Shown here piece by piece: positions 51,542 through 64,000 of a DNA stretch of 64,000 nt (the stretch's first letter is position 1; each line of letters begins with the position of its first letter). Below the pieces are notes generated by a model, which was not told where the DNA came from, did not search any database, and was given only the letters and a program-made list of their open reading frames with translations. The stretch covers positions 31,248,001 through 31,312,000 of the forward strand of contig JANJGN010000026.1 in assembly GCA_026770705.1 (NCBI GenBank), read 5' to 3'. This stretch comes from Isurus oxyrinchus. Taxonomy: Eukaryota. Both the position numbers and the translations under genes were made by a program.

Positions 51542-52189
51542 CACGGTGATGGAAAGCAGTCTCACCCCTGTACAAAAACTGCGTTCAGGCTGTGGAAAGG
51601 AGTTCCAGTCTGCAAGGCGCACCGACGCTGTCATCCGCTCAAACACACACCAAGAGGAAGCCAAATTAACCCGGATCTAACTGTCATCAATTGTTTCCAG
51701 AAGCGCCCGGAAAACAAACTGTAGAATCCAATTCGACCTAGAGACGATCACAGAATCAGATTCGAAGACACGCATTCTAATCCCCACCCCCAATAATTTG
51801 CTGTCGTGTCTCAGGATGCTCTCTCTTCACTTCCTTGTGTCTCCGTGGGCCTGGGAGATCCATCGGTCGTGAGCTGACTGACACTGACTGGAAACACCAC
51901 GAGCTGGACTACAGTCAATGGCCTAGTAGGGGAGTGGCTGCACTTGTGGAGATGGGGCTGGGGAGGAGGGCGTGGGGAGCGGGGTGTATTCCTGGTCTGT
52001 TTGTTGTCGCCAGCAAACTCTGGATTGTTAATGGTGACAGAAAACATTCCAGCATTAAGGAAATATTCTAAAGATCATCTACATCTGGGGTTTGCTTTAA
52101 AGATCACAGGCACTACCTTGTGAAATCTGTTCATTTTGTATAAATACTCTCTGACTCAGCAACACGCCCTGCTTAAATTGGAATATACT

Positions 52190-52922
52190 GAGAGGGGTAG
52201 ATGAAGTGAGAGATATTGGCGTACAAGCACACAGTTCCCTGAAGGCAGCAGTTCAAGCAGACAAGGTTGTAAATAAGGCATATGGAATGTTCTCCTTCAT
52301 TGGCAGAGGTATAGAATATAAAAGTAAAGATATAATGTTTGAATTATAGAAAACACTGGTGAGGCCACAACTGGAGTATTGTGTGCCGTTTTGATCACCA
52401 CATTACAGGAAGGACGTAATAGCTCTGGAGAGAGTGCCGATGAGGTTTACAAGAATGTTGCCAGGGTTAGAAAAGTGTAGTTACGAGGAGAGATTGGATA
52501 GATTGGGGGTTACTTTCCTTAGAACAAAGAAGGCTAAGAGGTGAGGTGTACAAAATTATGAGGGGAATAGATACAGTGGACAGGATAAAGTTGTTTCCCT
52601 TGATGGAGAATTCGAGAACCAGGGAAGATAGGTACAGGATAAGTGGCAGAAGGTGTAGGGGGGACATAAGGAAGAACTTTTTTACGCACATGGTAGTGGG
52701 TGTCTGGAATTCGCTGCCCAAGTTGGTGGTCCAGGCAGAAACTCTAAACTCTTTTTAAAAGTACCTGGATCTGCGCCTTTAGTGCTGTAAGCTGCCGGCC
52801 TATGGGCCAGGTGCAGAAAGTTGGGATTAGAAAGGGCACCTGGGTGTCCTCGGGCTGGAATGGACAAGATGGGCCGAATGTCCTCCTTCTGTGCTGTAAC
52901 TTTCCTATGGTTCTATGGTTCT
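52190..52922 (+). mobile_element. CR1 LINE 3' fragment
   Basis: LVRPQLEYC and YKIMRGID motifs; tail ttctatggttctatggttct. Confidence 0.9.
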
Positions 52923-53249
52923 GAATGAAGTCCGTGAACAGACCGTGGCCAAAGGATGGAGGACACTGACAGGGGAGTTGGGGAAGTTGCTAAATATGAC
53001 AGTCAGGCACAGATACTGCAGTAAAATACATTATGTCAATTGCAAGGCAACACACGACAGAACACGACAGACATTCATCACTGTAAGTAATTGACCGACA
53101 TAAAAGTTTTCCACTTTCATGTTACATCTTCTAACTCCTAACCTCCACCTCAGTCATTTCCAGTTCTATTTAATACCCACGTGGAACTTTAACTCTGCTC
53201 CTCGTTCCACAGATTTTGGCCGACTTGCTATGCATTTTATATTATAATA

Positions 53250-54135
53250 AAGCCAGGAATTTGTTATCTAATAAAAACAGGGGGCGCTGAAGTTCCCAGC
53301 AGGTCTGGCAGTATCTGTGGAAACAGAAACAGGTTGAATGTTTTCAGGCCATATGGCTCTTCTTCAGAACTGAAGGGAGATAGAAATCTGATGGATTTTA
53401 TGCTGCTGACGGGGCGGAGCATTGGGGGGGGGCGGTTTAGAAAATGGAGCAAAAATGTTCAGGGATAGGTTGGAGATCTGGAGAGATTAAATGACAAAGA
53501 TATCATGGAACACAAGTCAAAGGCAAAGGGAATGATACTATTAATTATGAAAGCAGGTGTTAATATTTAGACAAAGGTCAGCACTGACTGGAAGCAAAAT
53601 CAGAATGTGTTAATAGCAGAAAAAGGGTCGGCGCTGTCTGAAAGCAAAACATGAGAACAAGATGCAAACTGGCACTAGGGGGGTTGAGAGGCTGCAGGGA
53701 AATTAAAATGGAGGATGGAGTTCATGTGTGAATCTGTTGACCTCAATGTTGAATCCAGAAGGCTGTAGAGTGCCTATTGAGAAGATGAGGTGCTGTTCCT
53801 CCAGTTTGCATTGAGCTTCACTGGAACATTGTAGAAAGCCGAGGACAGAAATGTGAGTGTGAGCGAGATGGTGACAGGCAGGTCTGGGTTATGCTTGTGG
53901 ACTGAGTGGAAGTGTTCCACAAAGCAGACAGTCAGTCTGTGTTTACTCTCCCCATTGTAGAGGAGTCCACATTGAGGGCAATGAATGCAGCAGCCTGAAT
54001 TGCATGAAGTGCAAATAAATCTCTGCTTCATCTGGAAGGAGAGTTTGGGACCTTGGAGGGAGGTGGGAGGAGGTAAAGGGACAGGTGTTACACCTCCTGC
54101 AATTGCATGGGAAGGTGCCGTGGGAAGGGGATGAG
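53250..54135 (-). mobile_element. Decayed Penelope-like element
   Basis: CIHCPQCGLLYNGESKHRL..CFVEH, a GIY-YIG-like remnant, plus a related terminal sequence. Confidence 0.75.
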
Positions 54136-54198
54136 ATGTTGGGGGTGATAGTGTTTTTTGGATCAGAAATTGGTTTCTGGTTGTGATATTTTGCACAA

Positions 54199-54264
54199 CA
54201 GCGAGACCGGGAATCAAACCTGGGTGATGAAAGCACCGAATCCTAACCATCAGGTCACCAGGGT
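54199..54264 (-). pseudogene. tRNA-Glu pseudogene
   Basis: Reverse complement ccctggtgacctgatggttaggattcggtgctttca...ggtttgattcccggtc resembles vertebrate tRNA-Glu. Confidence 0.75.
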
Positions 54265-54829
54265 GCTTGTGAATCATCCTGTTTAGAGAATTCAGCTGTC
54301 AACCAGAACATTGGTGGTTTGACACCATCTAGGGCCAGTAGATTCTCTCTATTCCTGCTTCTACTTATATTACAGACACAGTTCTGCTTTTAGTCCTTTG
54401 GTTACAAGGAAATGTTGCCCTAACTTTTCCAACCCTGCTGTTATCCAGTAAGTTCCCAGGCAAATAGTTATATGAATTTTTATTTCAAAGAAAATTAGAT
54501 AAATTAGAGCAAACATGTGCATAACATCCAACTCGTTGGGTTCAAAGCAACAAATATAAATTGATACAGAAACAAAAATAGCTGGAAAAACTCAGCGGGT
54601 CTGACAGCATCTGTGGAGAGGAACAGTTGACGTTTCGAGTCCGGATGACTCTTTGAATAGACTCTCAAATAGAAATTGATTCTGTGATTGCACATATAGA
54701 AGTGGAACACACCATCGCACCGAGTGAATCCATTGTCTGTTTACATGTTGCTCAGTGAAAATTTCAATCATCCTTGACTTTGTGGCATTCGGGTACTGAA
54801 TCGGTAAGCAGTCTATACTCAAAGGGCAT

Positions 54830-55445
54830 GTGAACATACGAATTAGGAGCATGATTAGGCCACTCGGCCCTTCAAGCCTGTTCTGCCATTTAATAAGATC
54901 ATGGCTGATCTGTTTCTAACTTCCCACCAATCCCCACGAATCTTTCAGCCTCTTGTTAAATATACCTATCTCTGCCTTAAAAAGATTCAAAGACACTGCT
55001 TCCACTTACGACGCTCTGAGAGAAAAAGAATTCTCTCATCTCTGTCTTAAATGAGCGAACCCCAATTTTTAAAAAGTGACACCTAGTTCCAGATTCTCCC
55101 ACAAGAGGAAAGATCCTCTTCACACCCACCCTGTCAAAACCCCTCAGGATCTGAAAGATTTCGATCAAGTCACCTCTTAGCTTTCTAAATTCCAGCGGAT
55201 ACAGGCCTAGCTTGTCCACCCTCATGAGACAGCCCGCCTATCCTTGATATTAGTCCAGTAAGCCTTCCCTGAATGACTTCTAACGCATTTACATCTTTCC
55301 TTAAATAAGGAGGCCAACACTCTCCACAGTACTCCAGATATGGTCACACCGGTGTCCTGTACAACTGAACTATAACCTCCTTACTTCAATTCCCCTCACA
55401 GTGAATGATAACGTTCAATCGGCTTTCCTAATTACTTGTTGTGCC
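54830..55445 (-). mobile_element. CR1 LINE 3' fragment
   Basis: KLGLYPLEFRKLRGDLIEIFQILRGFD. Confidence 0.85.
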
Positions 55446-56339
55446 TAAATAGTTCCGCTTTTTTATCAAATTTTTTCAGACCTCCTGAATAACTATGCAC
55501 ATGTGGAAATTATTTTCTCATGTTCCATCCCTGTTACCCTGACGTGTCTAAATCTCTTCACAGCCGATATACTCTGTATCCTCCTCACAGCTTACATTTG
55601 CATCGTTTTCATCAGCTAAGTTCATCAGCGAGGGTCGAACTCAGCACCTGGTTTGGTAAATCCACTGTTTTAACCACTGGGTTGCCCCAACAAAGTAAAG
55701 GTCCTCTTGCAACTTTTAAAACTACCATTATTCTCTGTACCATTTACCATGAAGACACATAACTAAAGTGAGTAAAGTTTACAATGGTAAAAATGCGTTT
55801 ATCCCCCTCAGGGAACTAAACCACATTGACACACGCAGAGGAACACACACACACACCGATAGTGACAGCTGTCTAAGGAAAGAAAAATGTCCAGAAAGCA
55901 AGGATGTCACCAGATTGGCTCCGTTTTTGTTCCATTTCCAACTGCAAATTTGGTGAATGCCTGCGGATGAACGGAAATGAAAAATACCAGGAAGCGTTTG
56001 AAATATTTTTTTAATAGATAATTAATTCTGTAACTCATTCTTAAAGCAGGAACAGTGAGAAATGTAAACTACTAAATGTAGTTTGCAGGTTCAATATGTA
56101 GGATTTGAACTTGTATCAGGGAACATAAAATGGTTTCAAGCCCATTACATAAGCAACTCAGCTCCATCCATTGCTGCCATCTACCTTTTAATGCTTTGTA
56201 CATAAAGTGACAGAGTGGTTACAGCTGAGAATGAAGACATGTAGCCCCATCGATTCCTGGCTGCCCTGCAATTTCTGCTGTCTCTCCTCGATCTTTCCTC
56301 CAGAATGGAGCACTGTACACTGAACGTGCACAGGAACAC

Positions 56340-56720
56340 ACATGTGATTGAGGTGCATAAAATTATATGGGGTATAGGTAGGGTAGACAGGAAGGAGCTT
56401 TTCCCCTTAGTGGAGGGATCAATAACCAGGGGGCGTAGATTTAAGACAAGGGGCAAAAGGTTTAGAGGGGATGCAAGGAAGAATTTTTTCACCCAGAGGG
56501 TGGTGGGAATCTGGAACTCACTGCCTGAAAGAGTGGTAGAGCCAGAAACCCTCAAAACGTTAAAGAAGTATTTGTATGTGCCCTTGCCATGCCATGGTAT
56601 ACAAGGCTATGGGCCTAGTGCTGGAAAATGGGATTAGAATATTTAGGCACTTGTTTGACGGGCACAGACTCGATGGGCCGAAGGGCCTTTTTCTGTGCTA
56701 TGGGCCTCTATGACTCTATA
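56340..56720 (+). mobile_element. CR1 LINE 3' fragment
   Basis: ELFPLVEGSITRG...KNFFTQRVVGIWNSLP. Confidence 0.85.
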
Positions 56721-56769
56721 ACTGAAGGGTTTGGCAAAATTGATTGAAAATATGAACCGTCTGAAACTC

Positions 56770-56851
56770 TGACAATGGAGAGATTTGAACCCACACTTCC
56801 ACAAAAAGTAGAACCTAACTCCAGCGTCTTGGACCACTCGGCCACGCAACC
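56770..56851 (-). pseudogene. tRNA-Leu(TAG) pseudogene
   Basis: Reverse complement ggttgcgtggccgagtggtccaagacgctggagttagg...gtgggttcaaatc resembles vertebrate tRNA-Leu; stems mismatched. Confidence 0.8.
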
Positions 56852-58633
56852 ACTACAGTGGCAAAAATTGTCCTTGCCATGACTGAAATTTTCAATCACT
56901 CTCCACGTTGTAACATTCAGTAACTGAACGGTCTCCACTGAAAAAACATACAGAAAGAAACATTCTCCTCTTGCATCTTTCCAACCTGCTTTTTCTTTCT
57001 GAGCCTTTTTAATGTGAAGCTACACAACTAATGTGAGTGAAGTTTGCGATGGTAAAAATGGGTCCATCCCCTCATGGAACCGAACTGCTTTGATACATTC
57101 CTGATCCGAACCACTCGTTGTGCAACATAGAAGCCCCTTTAAAACTGTAACTATTATTTTCAGTTTCCTCTCCTCTCCGACCAAAATGAATCACTTCACA
57201 CTTCCAGACATCAAATTTCAGCTGCCACTTGTCCGTCCAAATGGATTTGTTGAAGGGCCCGAAAGGAGAACCGACTCAAACTGGGAATGAAAGAGTGAGA
57301 ATGAAAGAAGAGACGTGACGGGATTTGTAGATCCCGGGGGAAAGAGATTCCAGGATCAGTTCATTGTGACAGTTCACACAGCAACAAGGAAACAACATTC
57401 CCTGATGAGGGCCAAACCAGGGCGGCAGGAGCGGGAGTGCCAAATAACAGCCTGTTTAGTTAAAACATAGAAGACTTGTTCAGCCAATAACTGCATCGAG
57501 TGTGTTCAACATGAACATGAAGTGAACAGTGAGGGGAAATTGTGCCACAAGCTGCGGATGTACAACGTTCAATTTCCAAACCCACCAACAGAATCAATGT
57601 GGCTCCTCTGAAACTTTCAAGGCAAATATTGATCCTTTATCAGATGCCGTTCCCAGAACTATACACAGTCCTCCACGTGTGACCTAACCAGGGCTTTGTA
57701 TAGCTGCAGCAAACCTTTCCCTCTTTTCTATAACAGTCTCTGTAACAGGTTGTACAGCAAGAGGAATTAGATTGTATAAGGCGACTGAGAAAAACGAGGA
57801 CATGCTTGATCTGAATCAATCTCTTTGGAAAGTTTGGTATGAAATCAGCTGCATAAATACATCTATGGTTCAAAAACTATATCGGAATCTAAAGTCCAAC
57901 TCCTGATGTCATTGGGTCAGGGAAATTTTGTTGATGATCACACAGTGCGCATGGGCACTGCAGAAACTCCTGCAACTCTTTCAATATTGTTCCATAACTT
58001 TCATAAGCTCCATGAAATCTCTGTTTAACCTCCTTTGTTCTAAAGAGAACAATCGCGGCCTCTATAATCTCTCCACAAAGCTGAATTTCCTCATCGATGG
58101 ACATGATGCAAGGTGAAAAATTGCAATGAGATTTTAGAAAATATTGCCAGCTAGCAGTTGGGAAGATGCAAAAGGAACCAAAGCAAAAAACCCAGTCTCC
58201 AGCTTTGCAAAGCTTTCGAAATTCTTTGGGAACCGGGATCAGAGGAGAACGAAGGGCAAACTGTCCAACTGACCGTTCAAGGTACCATTCCCCTCTTTAA
58301 GGCACTGGAACGTTGACTCTGATGTTATCATTGAAATTAACTGATCTGAGACATGGAAAGGATTCTCCTCACTGTACATCAGCAATTCAAGCCGAATATT
58401 GGTTTCGGGACAATCAGAGCACTTGGTGACAGACAAGGCACCAAAAGGATCGAAGAGAGACTGTAGGAGAGCTGGTTCCAGGTGACATGGATGTGTCTGC
58501 AGTGGGTGGGATCAGACTGTTTCGATATATCCAAATCAATGCCTCACCTTTTATTTTGGAAAGGTAAAACTCGTAGAGAACAATGATCATTCTGATAGCG
58601 GCATCTGAACCTTTAAGTACATATCTTGCGATT

Positions 58634-58711
58634 TTTTCTGTGGTGCAATTGGTCAGCGTGTTCGGCTGTTAACCAGAAGGTTGGTGATTCGAGCGAGACC
58701 ACCCGCCGACG
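58634..58711 (+). pseudogene. tRNA-Asn(GTT) pseudogene
   Basis: tctgtggtgcaattggtcagcgtgttcggctgttaacc...ggttggtgattcgagc resembles tRNA-Asn; acceptor stem and T arm disrupted. Confidence 0.8.
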
Positions 58712-59589
58712 AAGCTTTCACCGTTTGTCAGCCCATCACATTCATCACCCCACAACTCTGGGTTGTCAAGGTGCATATTGGCTTCAAGAAAATAATCCAC
58801 AATCGAGGCACATGTTTCTGTTATTCAGTGATCCCACACAAACAGTCGCTTTCTTATGAATATTTCAAATGTAAAGAGAAAATGATCAGACCTGCCATGT
58901 ACCTATATCTAATCCATTGGAAAGATATGAAGTTATGAGATTCAAGCAAACCCATCAGTGATTCTGTCTTCTTCAGCTCCACAGTGAGTGGGATAGGGAA
59001 GAGCGGAGAAGCAGCAATATTCTGGCCCCACACTCTCCAATCACCCACTGCCAGCAGAAAGCAGCGACAGTAGCTTCAATCAGTGGCTTACTGCCCATCC
59101 CTGGGATGCAAGATACTCCAACACGGGCTAAACTTCCCAATACACTGAGCACAGGCTCAGGGAAAGGCAGGTAAATTATATCCCGTTCACTAAGCCTCTG
59201 AGCACCATTTACAAAATACCCTAGTGAGGGAGTCACAAATAAAAACAACAACAACTTTCTAAATCTTTTCACTGTGAAATTCCATCTTTTTATTTAAAAA
59301 CTGACAGTTGTGCATCTGAAAATGAGCACCATGGGATTTGTGTTACTGATGACTTGTTTTCCATTGTTTATCTGTCAGGTTTGCTTCTCAATTTGTGTTG
59401 GAGATTGAAGCGAATCTGATTTCAGAACGAGGTCACAAAGCAAGTAAATATTAAACCCAGGAACACATCCTGAGGAAAATAGATCACAATGTTTGGAAGG
59501 AGGTGCAGCTAAGAAATGGAATCTGTGAATGATGTTATTGATGACTGATGGGAAAGCATTGGACCCTTGGGCTTCTGGTAGTCAATTCC

Positions 59590-60062
59590 CTTCTCTCCCA
59601 TTGCATTCAGACAGTTAACTTGCTGTGATGTTTTCCCTTCCCACACTCAGAGCAGGTTAATGGCCTCTCCCCAGTGTGAACTTGCTGGTGTCTCAGCCAA
59701 TGGATGCATGAGTGAATGAATCCCTTCCCACACATGGAGCAGGTTAATAACTTCCCACCAGTGTGACTGCATTGGTGAGTTTCCAGCTAAGATCGGTGGC
59801 TCAGTCCTTCCTCACATTCCCCACATTTCCACAGATTCTTGACAGTGTAACCGCGCTTGTATTTCGACAGGCCAGATGATCCCGTGAATCCTCATCCACA
59901 CACAGAACACGTGTACAGTTTCTCCCCACTGTAAACGGTGTTTTTTCCTTCCATGTTCAAACTCTGATGATATTCAGGCTACGATAAATTGGGCAACTCA
60001 GCCAGATCCTAGTGTGATGTTTGGTTAGAGTTTCCTGACTGCAAATCTTCCCCTCCTAATAC
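59590..60062 (-). pseudogene. C2H2 zinc-finger pseudogene exon
   Basis: ATG at 59954: MEGKNTVYSGEKLYTCSVCG*GF...[16 protein letters not shown]...[15 protein letters not shown], with in-frame stops. Confidence 0.88.
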
Positions 60063-60181
60063 CCAGTGAGGGGGAGATAAAGATGGAAATAGAGAGAGAA
60101 AATGAGGGAAATATGCAAAAGGAGAGATGGAGAATGACGTGAGAGGGTAAGGTTCAGAGGGAGAGAGAGATAGAGAGAGAG

Positions 60182-60235
<54 letters not shown>

Positions 60236-60369
60236 GAGAGTGGCAGGGGTGAAAGAGAGGGATTTCATATCAACTTGACCAGAACTTTGACAGAACGTCC
60301 CAAACCCTGAATCTACACCATCTAGAAGGAGCAGGGTAACAGATGTATGCAAACGCACACACCATCCTG

Positions 60370-61220
60370 ACTTGTCTGGCATCCAGTGTCGCGTGAACAG
60401 AAATGTCCTCCAATTAAATATTGGAAAAATTAAAGCCATTGTCTTTAGCCCCCCTACAAACGTCACTCCTTAGCCACTGGCTCCTCTCCTCTCTGCTGCA
60501 ACTGTCTGAGGCTGAACCATATTCTTCTCAAATTGGTGTCATTCTTCAAACATATCTGCATCATCACAAAGACCGCCGATTCCCACTTCTGTAACATAAC
60601 CGAGCCCTGTCCTAGTCTCAGCTCACCCAATTCTGAAACTCTCATCTATGCCTTTATTAACTCTAGACTTAACTACCCTAACGCACCCCAGGCCACATCC
60701 CACATTCACCTCCCCAGTAAACTTGAGGTAATGCAACACCCTGCTACCCATGTGTTTGTTTGCAGTCAGTCTTGCTCACTCATCACCTCTGTGCCTGCTG
60801 ACCTAAAAAGGCTCACGTTTAAGAAGCATCAACATTTTAAAATTCTCATCCTTGTTTTCAAATCCCTCTGTGGCTGCAATCACCCCTTTCTCTGTGATCT
60901 CCTCCAAGCCCACAACCCTTTGTGATCACTGCGCTGATCTAATCCTGATCTCTCGACCATTCTCAATTAATCACTCCATCACTGGTTACCATTCTTTAAG
61001 TTTCTGAGGCCCCAAGCTCTGAAATTTCCTCCCTAAATCTGCCCACATCTCTATTCACTTTCTTCCTTTAAGATACTCCTTAGCCTTACTCTTTCACCAA
61101 GCCTTTGGTCACCTGCCCTTATGTGGCTCGGTGTCAAATGTTGCTTTGTAATATTTCTACAAAATGCTTTGGAACATATAATTACATGAAAAGATGCTAT
61201 ATAAATACAAATTATTGTTG
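60370..61220 (+). mobile_element. L2-like LINE 3' fragment
   Basis: ETLIYAFINSRLNY...FKILILVFKSL. Confidence 0.8.
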
Positions 61221-61984
61221 GTTTGGATACATATTACTGTTCCTTCATCACTACAGGGTGAAACGTTCTGTAACTCCCTATCTAACAACATTGTGGGAGC
61301 ACCTTCACACGGGTTGCAGAGGTTCAAGAAGGTCAAACATCATCTTCCCCACAGGTAAATGGGGATGGGCAATATCCGCTGCAGGTCTTGTTAATGGCAC
61401 TGAAATCTCAAGGTACACCTGTGTCAGATGGGGCAGTCCTTCCTTTAAACTCCATCTGAGAGGAAAGTGACTGCTCCCGAGAGCTGGATGAGAGGAGGCA
61501 ACACAGAGTCAGATGCTGAACACACTGCAGCCCACACGGACATTACAAACTGCCCCCATTCTTGCTGCACATAGGAACAGAAGCAGGCCATTCAGCCCCT
61601 CAAACCTGCTCCACCATTCTATTTGATTGATGCTGATCTGTACCACAACCCCCTTTTCCCATCTTTGATCAAATTACTTTTATATCTTTGCTTAACAAAA
61701 TTCAATCTATTCATGTCTTGAAAAATTCAATTGACCCCCAGCATTCACAGCTTTTTGGGGAGGTTGGTCCTGATTCCCACAACCATTGTCTGAACACGTC
61801 GTTCCTGATTTCACTCCAGGTTCTACTGTTTTCATTCTGCCCCCTTGTTCTCGATTCCCCAGCAGAGCAAATGTTTTCCCTGTATCTACCCTCACAAACA
61901 TATTGATTATTTAAAAAAAACAGCATCATATCACCCCTGAAACTTCAATATTTCATGAAATACAAACCTATTTTCTGCAGCCTG

Positions 61985-62300
61985 TTCACCTTGAAGTGCA
62001 GCAGCATTGACTTTAATGACTTGGAGGAGCTTTCTACCAACTGTTCAGAATGGCGACAACTTATCCATCAAGCAGCATCACACTTTGAGTCACAGTGTCT
62101 TCATGATGAGGCACAGCAGCAGCAGAGAAGTGGAATCAGATGCTGTGCTCCAGATCCCAATACTTCATGGATGTCCTGCCCCATGAGTCCAAATATCTGC
62201 AGGTCAAGAATCAGTCTGTTCAGTCACAAGAAGACCCATGGCAGAAACTCACCACCCTGAGTAGACATCATCCTTGAATCGAGAGGCTGCTGACGAAGTA
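61985..62300 (+). mobile_element. RTE-like LINE 3' fragment
   Basis: LEELSTNCSEWRQLIHQAASHFE...CPMSPNICRSRISLFSHKKTH. Confidence 0.7.
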
Positions 62301-63319
62301 TTAAACAACAACTAACACAGGCACTTGAGCACTGAGAGAATACACATAGACGGACAGGTTGTTTAACAGAATTCTGACCACAGAAAGTTCATTTCAGTGA
62401 AGCCAGACTGAACATGAAGATGAGGCAGAAATAGAGGCAGACATGATAGCCCAAGATTAAACATAATGCAAACTGAATTAGAATCACCATTGGAGCAGCT
62501 TTATTAGATTCACAATAACTAAGCATAATAAACAGAGGCCTTTCATTGTAGGATAATGAAAATACTGGACAAAGATAGGAATAGTTTGATTCTGAGGGGT
62601 TGAGGAGAGGCTTGGTAGAGGATAGACAAAGGGTGTGGCTTCTGCAGCTTCTGTAGTTCTGCACTCTCACAAGGAAGGAGGTGGTTAGATTATGCAAGTG
62701 TCACCATTAAGCTGCAAACATAAAATCAAGGCTTTCTTTAAGCAATGAAATGGATATAGAAATGAAGAGGCTCTGTCGGTTCAATGGAACTTGAGGGATT
62801 TAGGGTCATTAATAAAAATGAAACATTCCCGCCTCTGAGCCAGAAACTCCTCTGCAGACAGTCCTGGTGAGTGAAGACGGCTCTCCAGCTCATTCTGGGT
62901 TGACATCAGGCAGGATAGGTGTATCCGGCAGGTCTGGCTGTTCTCTCCCACTGTGTGAGCTGATCAAACTCTCCCGGCTAATGCCGGAACAACAAATCGG
63001 CTGGAATTAAATGCTTCCAGACACGAAAGTGGGGTTAAGCAGCCTGCGAATTCTTCCACTAATTCATACTGTTCTCCAAGGGATGAATTCAAAGAGAAAC
63101 AATCACTACGCCCTGTAATTTCCCGAAATAATTCCTGCTGCCTGTCCTGACTGAATCCATTTCAGCAGCAAATGTTGAAATGTTTGCTCCACACCCACAG
63201 GTGTAGACAGTTTCATCTGTTTAAAGCCACAAACAGAAAGGTCCAGTTTTCTCTTGGAGTTTGAGACGAATCAACTTTCAAAATGATGCCGTTTCTGGCA
63301 ATGAGGGAGATCCGGACTC

Positions 63320-63460
63320 AGCCCCGCCCCTCATTCACTCCAATTGCTTGGAGGACCAGCCACTTTCGCAGGGTCCTCCAGTCCCGCCCCGTCTTCCTAT
63401 TGGTCGCGAGTTGCCGTCAATCAGTCTCGGGCATTGTGATCTGAGCATGCGCACGCCATG
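63320..63460 (-). promoter_or_regulatory. CCAAT/GC-box promoter upstream of the ZNF exon
   Basis: Inverted homolog of 465-580; CpG-rich; NRF1-like gcatgcgc. Confidence 0.6.
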
Positions 63461-64000
63461 GCGACGGACGGTAAGAGAGCTCGAGCGAGCGGGTTTAAAA
63501 TGGAGGGTTTACAAAGACCGAATGCGGATCCAGAACCCAAAATAAAACCTGCAACATTTTCTACTTAAGAGGCGACTAGAAACCGTAAACATTATCCCTG
63601 ACTTCCCGGTTTCTCCCGCTCATGTCTGACTTTGGAGTGAGTCCGGCGAGGCCCCAGCCCATGTGCAATGTCAGCTCATTCAGGAAGCGTCTGTAAATGG
63701 AGAGAAAGTGGTAAAAGTTAGGGAGCGTCTCTAAAAATGGTGATTGTCAGGAAATGTCTGCAAATGAAGGAAATAATGACTGAGCATGGAGTGCTTAAAA
63801 AGCAAGGGAACGTGCTGATGAACAGGGAATGTCTGTAAAGAATCATTGAGTCATAGAATTGTATAACGCTGTTACCAGAGAAGAAGATGATGCTTGACCT
63901 TGAACCTTTGCAGTCTGTGTGGTGAAACTGCTCCCACATTTCTGTGAGATAAGGAGTTACAGGAATTTCACTCAGTGATGATGAAGGAATGGTGACATGT

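Noticed and set aside
54199-58711. Functional tRNA genes
   Set aside because: Acceptor and other stems are mismatched or carry indels; called pseudogenes.

Overview
Cartilaginous-fish (shark) genomic DNA carrying a block of T-cell receptor alpha/delta-type V segments (~2.9-51.6 kb), flanked on both sides by C2H2 zinc-finger pseudogenes and tRNA pseudogenes. I count 16 V segments in mixed orientation (6 on +, 10 on -): 12 are disabled and 4 have open V exons. Two NAR-TCR cassettes (IgNAR-like V, D, J, then a leaderless supporting V-delta with a CDR1 cysteine) face each other as an inverted pair. Main observations: (1) cassette 1 appears to carry a germline-joined V-D; (2) the two cassettes have complementary lesions and RSS geometry that would let an inversional D-to-J join rescue a complete gene; (3) three V segments have a 24-bp RSS spacer followed by a CTCF motif; (4) one V exon contains a fold-back triplication; (5) Penelope-like insertions have 13-bp target-site duplications and a variant minimal hammerhead motif. 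I saw no TCR-delta D/J or constant exons. The remainder is CR1/L2/RTE LINE fragments, SINEs, simple repeats and a 136-N gap. All calls come from manual reading; repeat boundaries are approximate.
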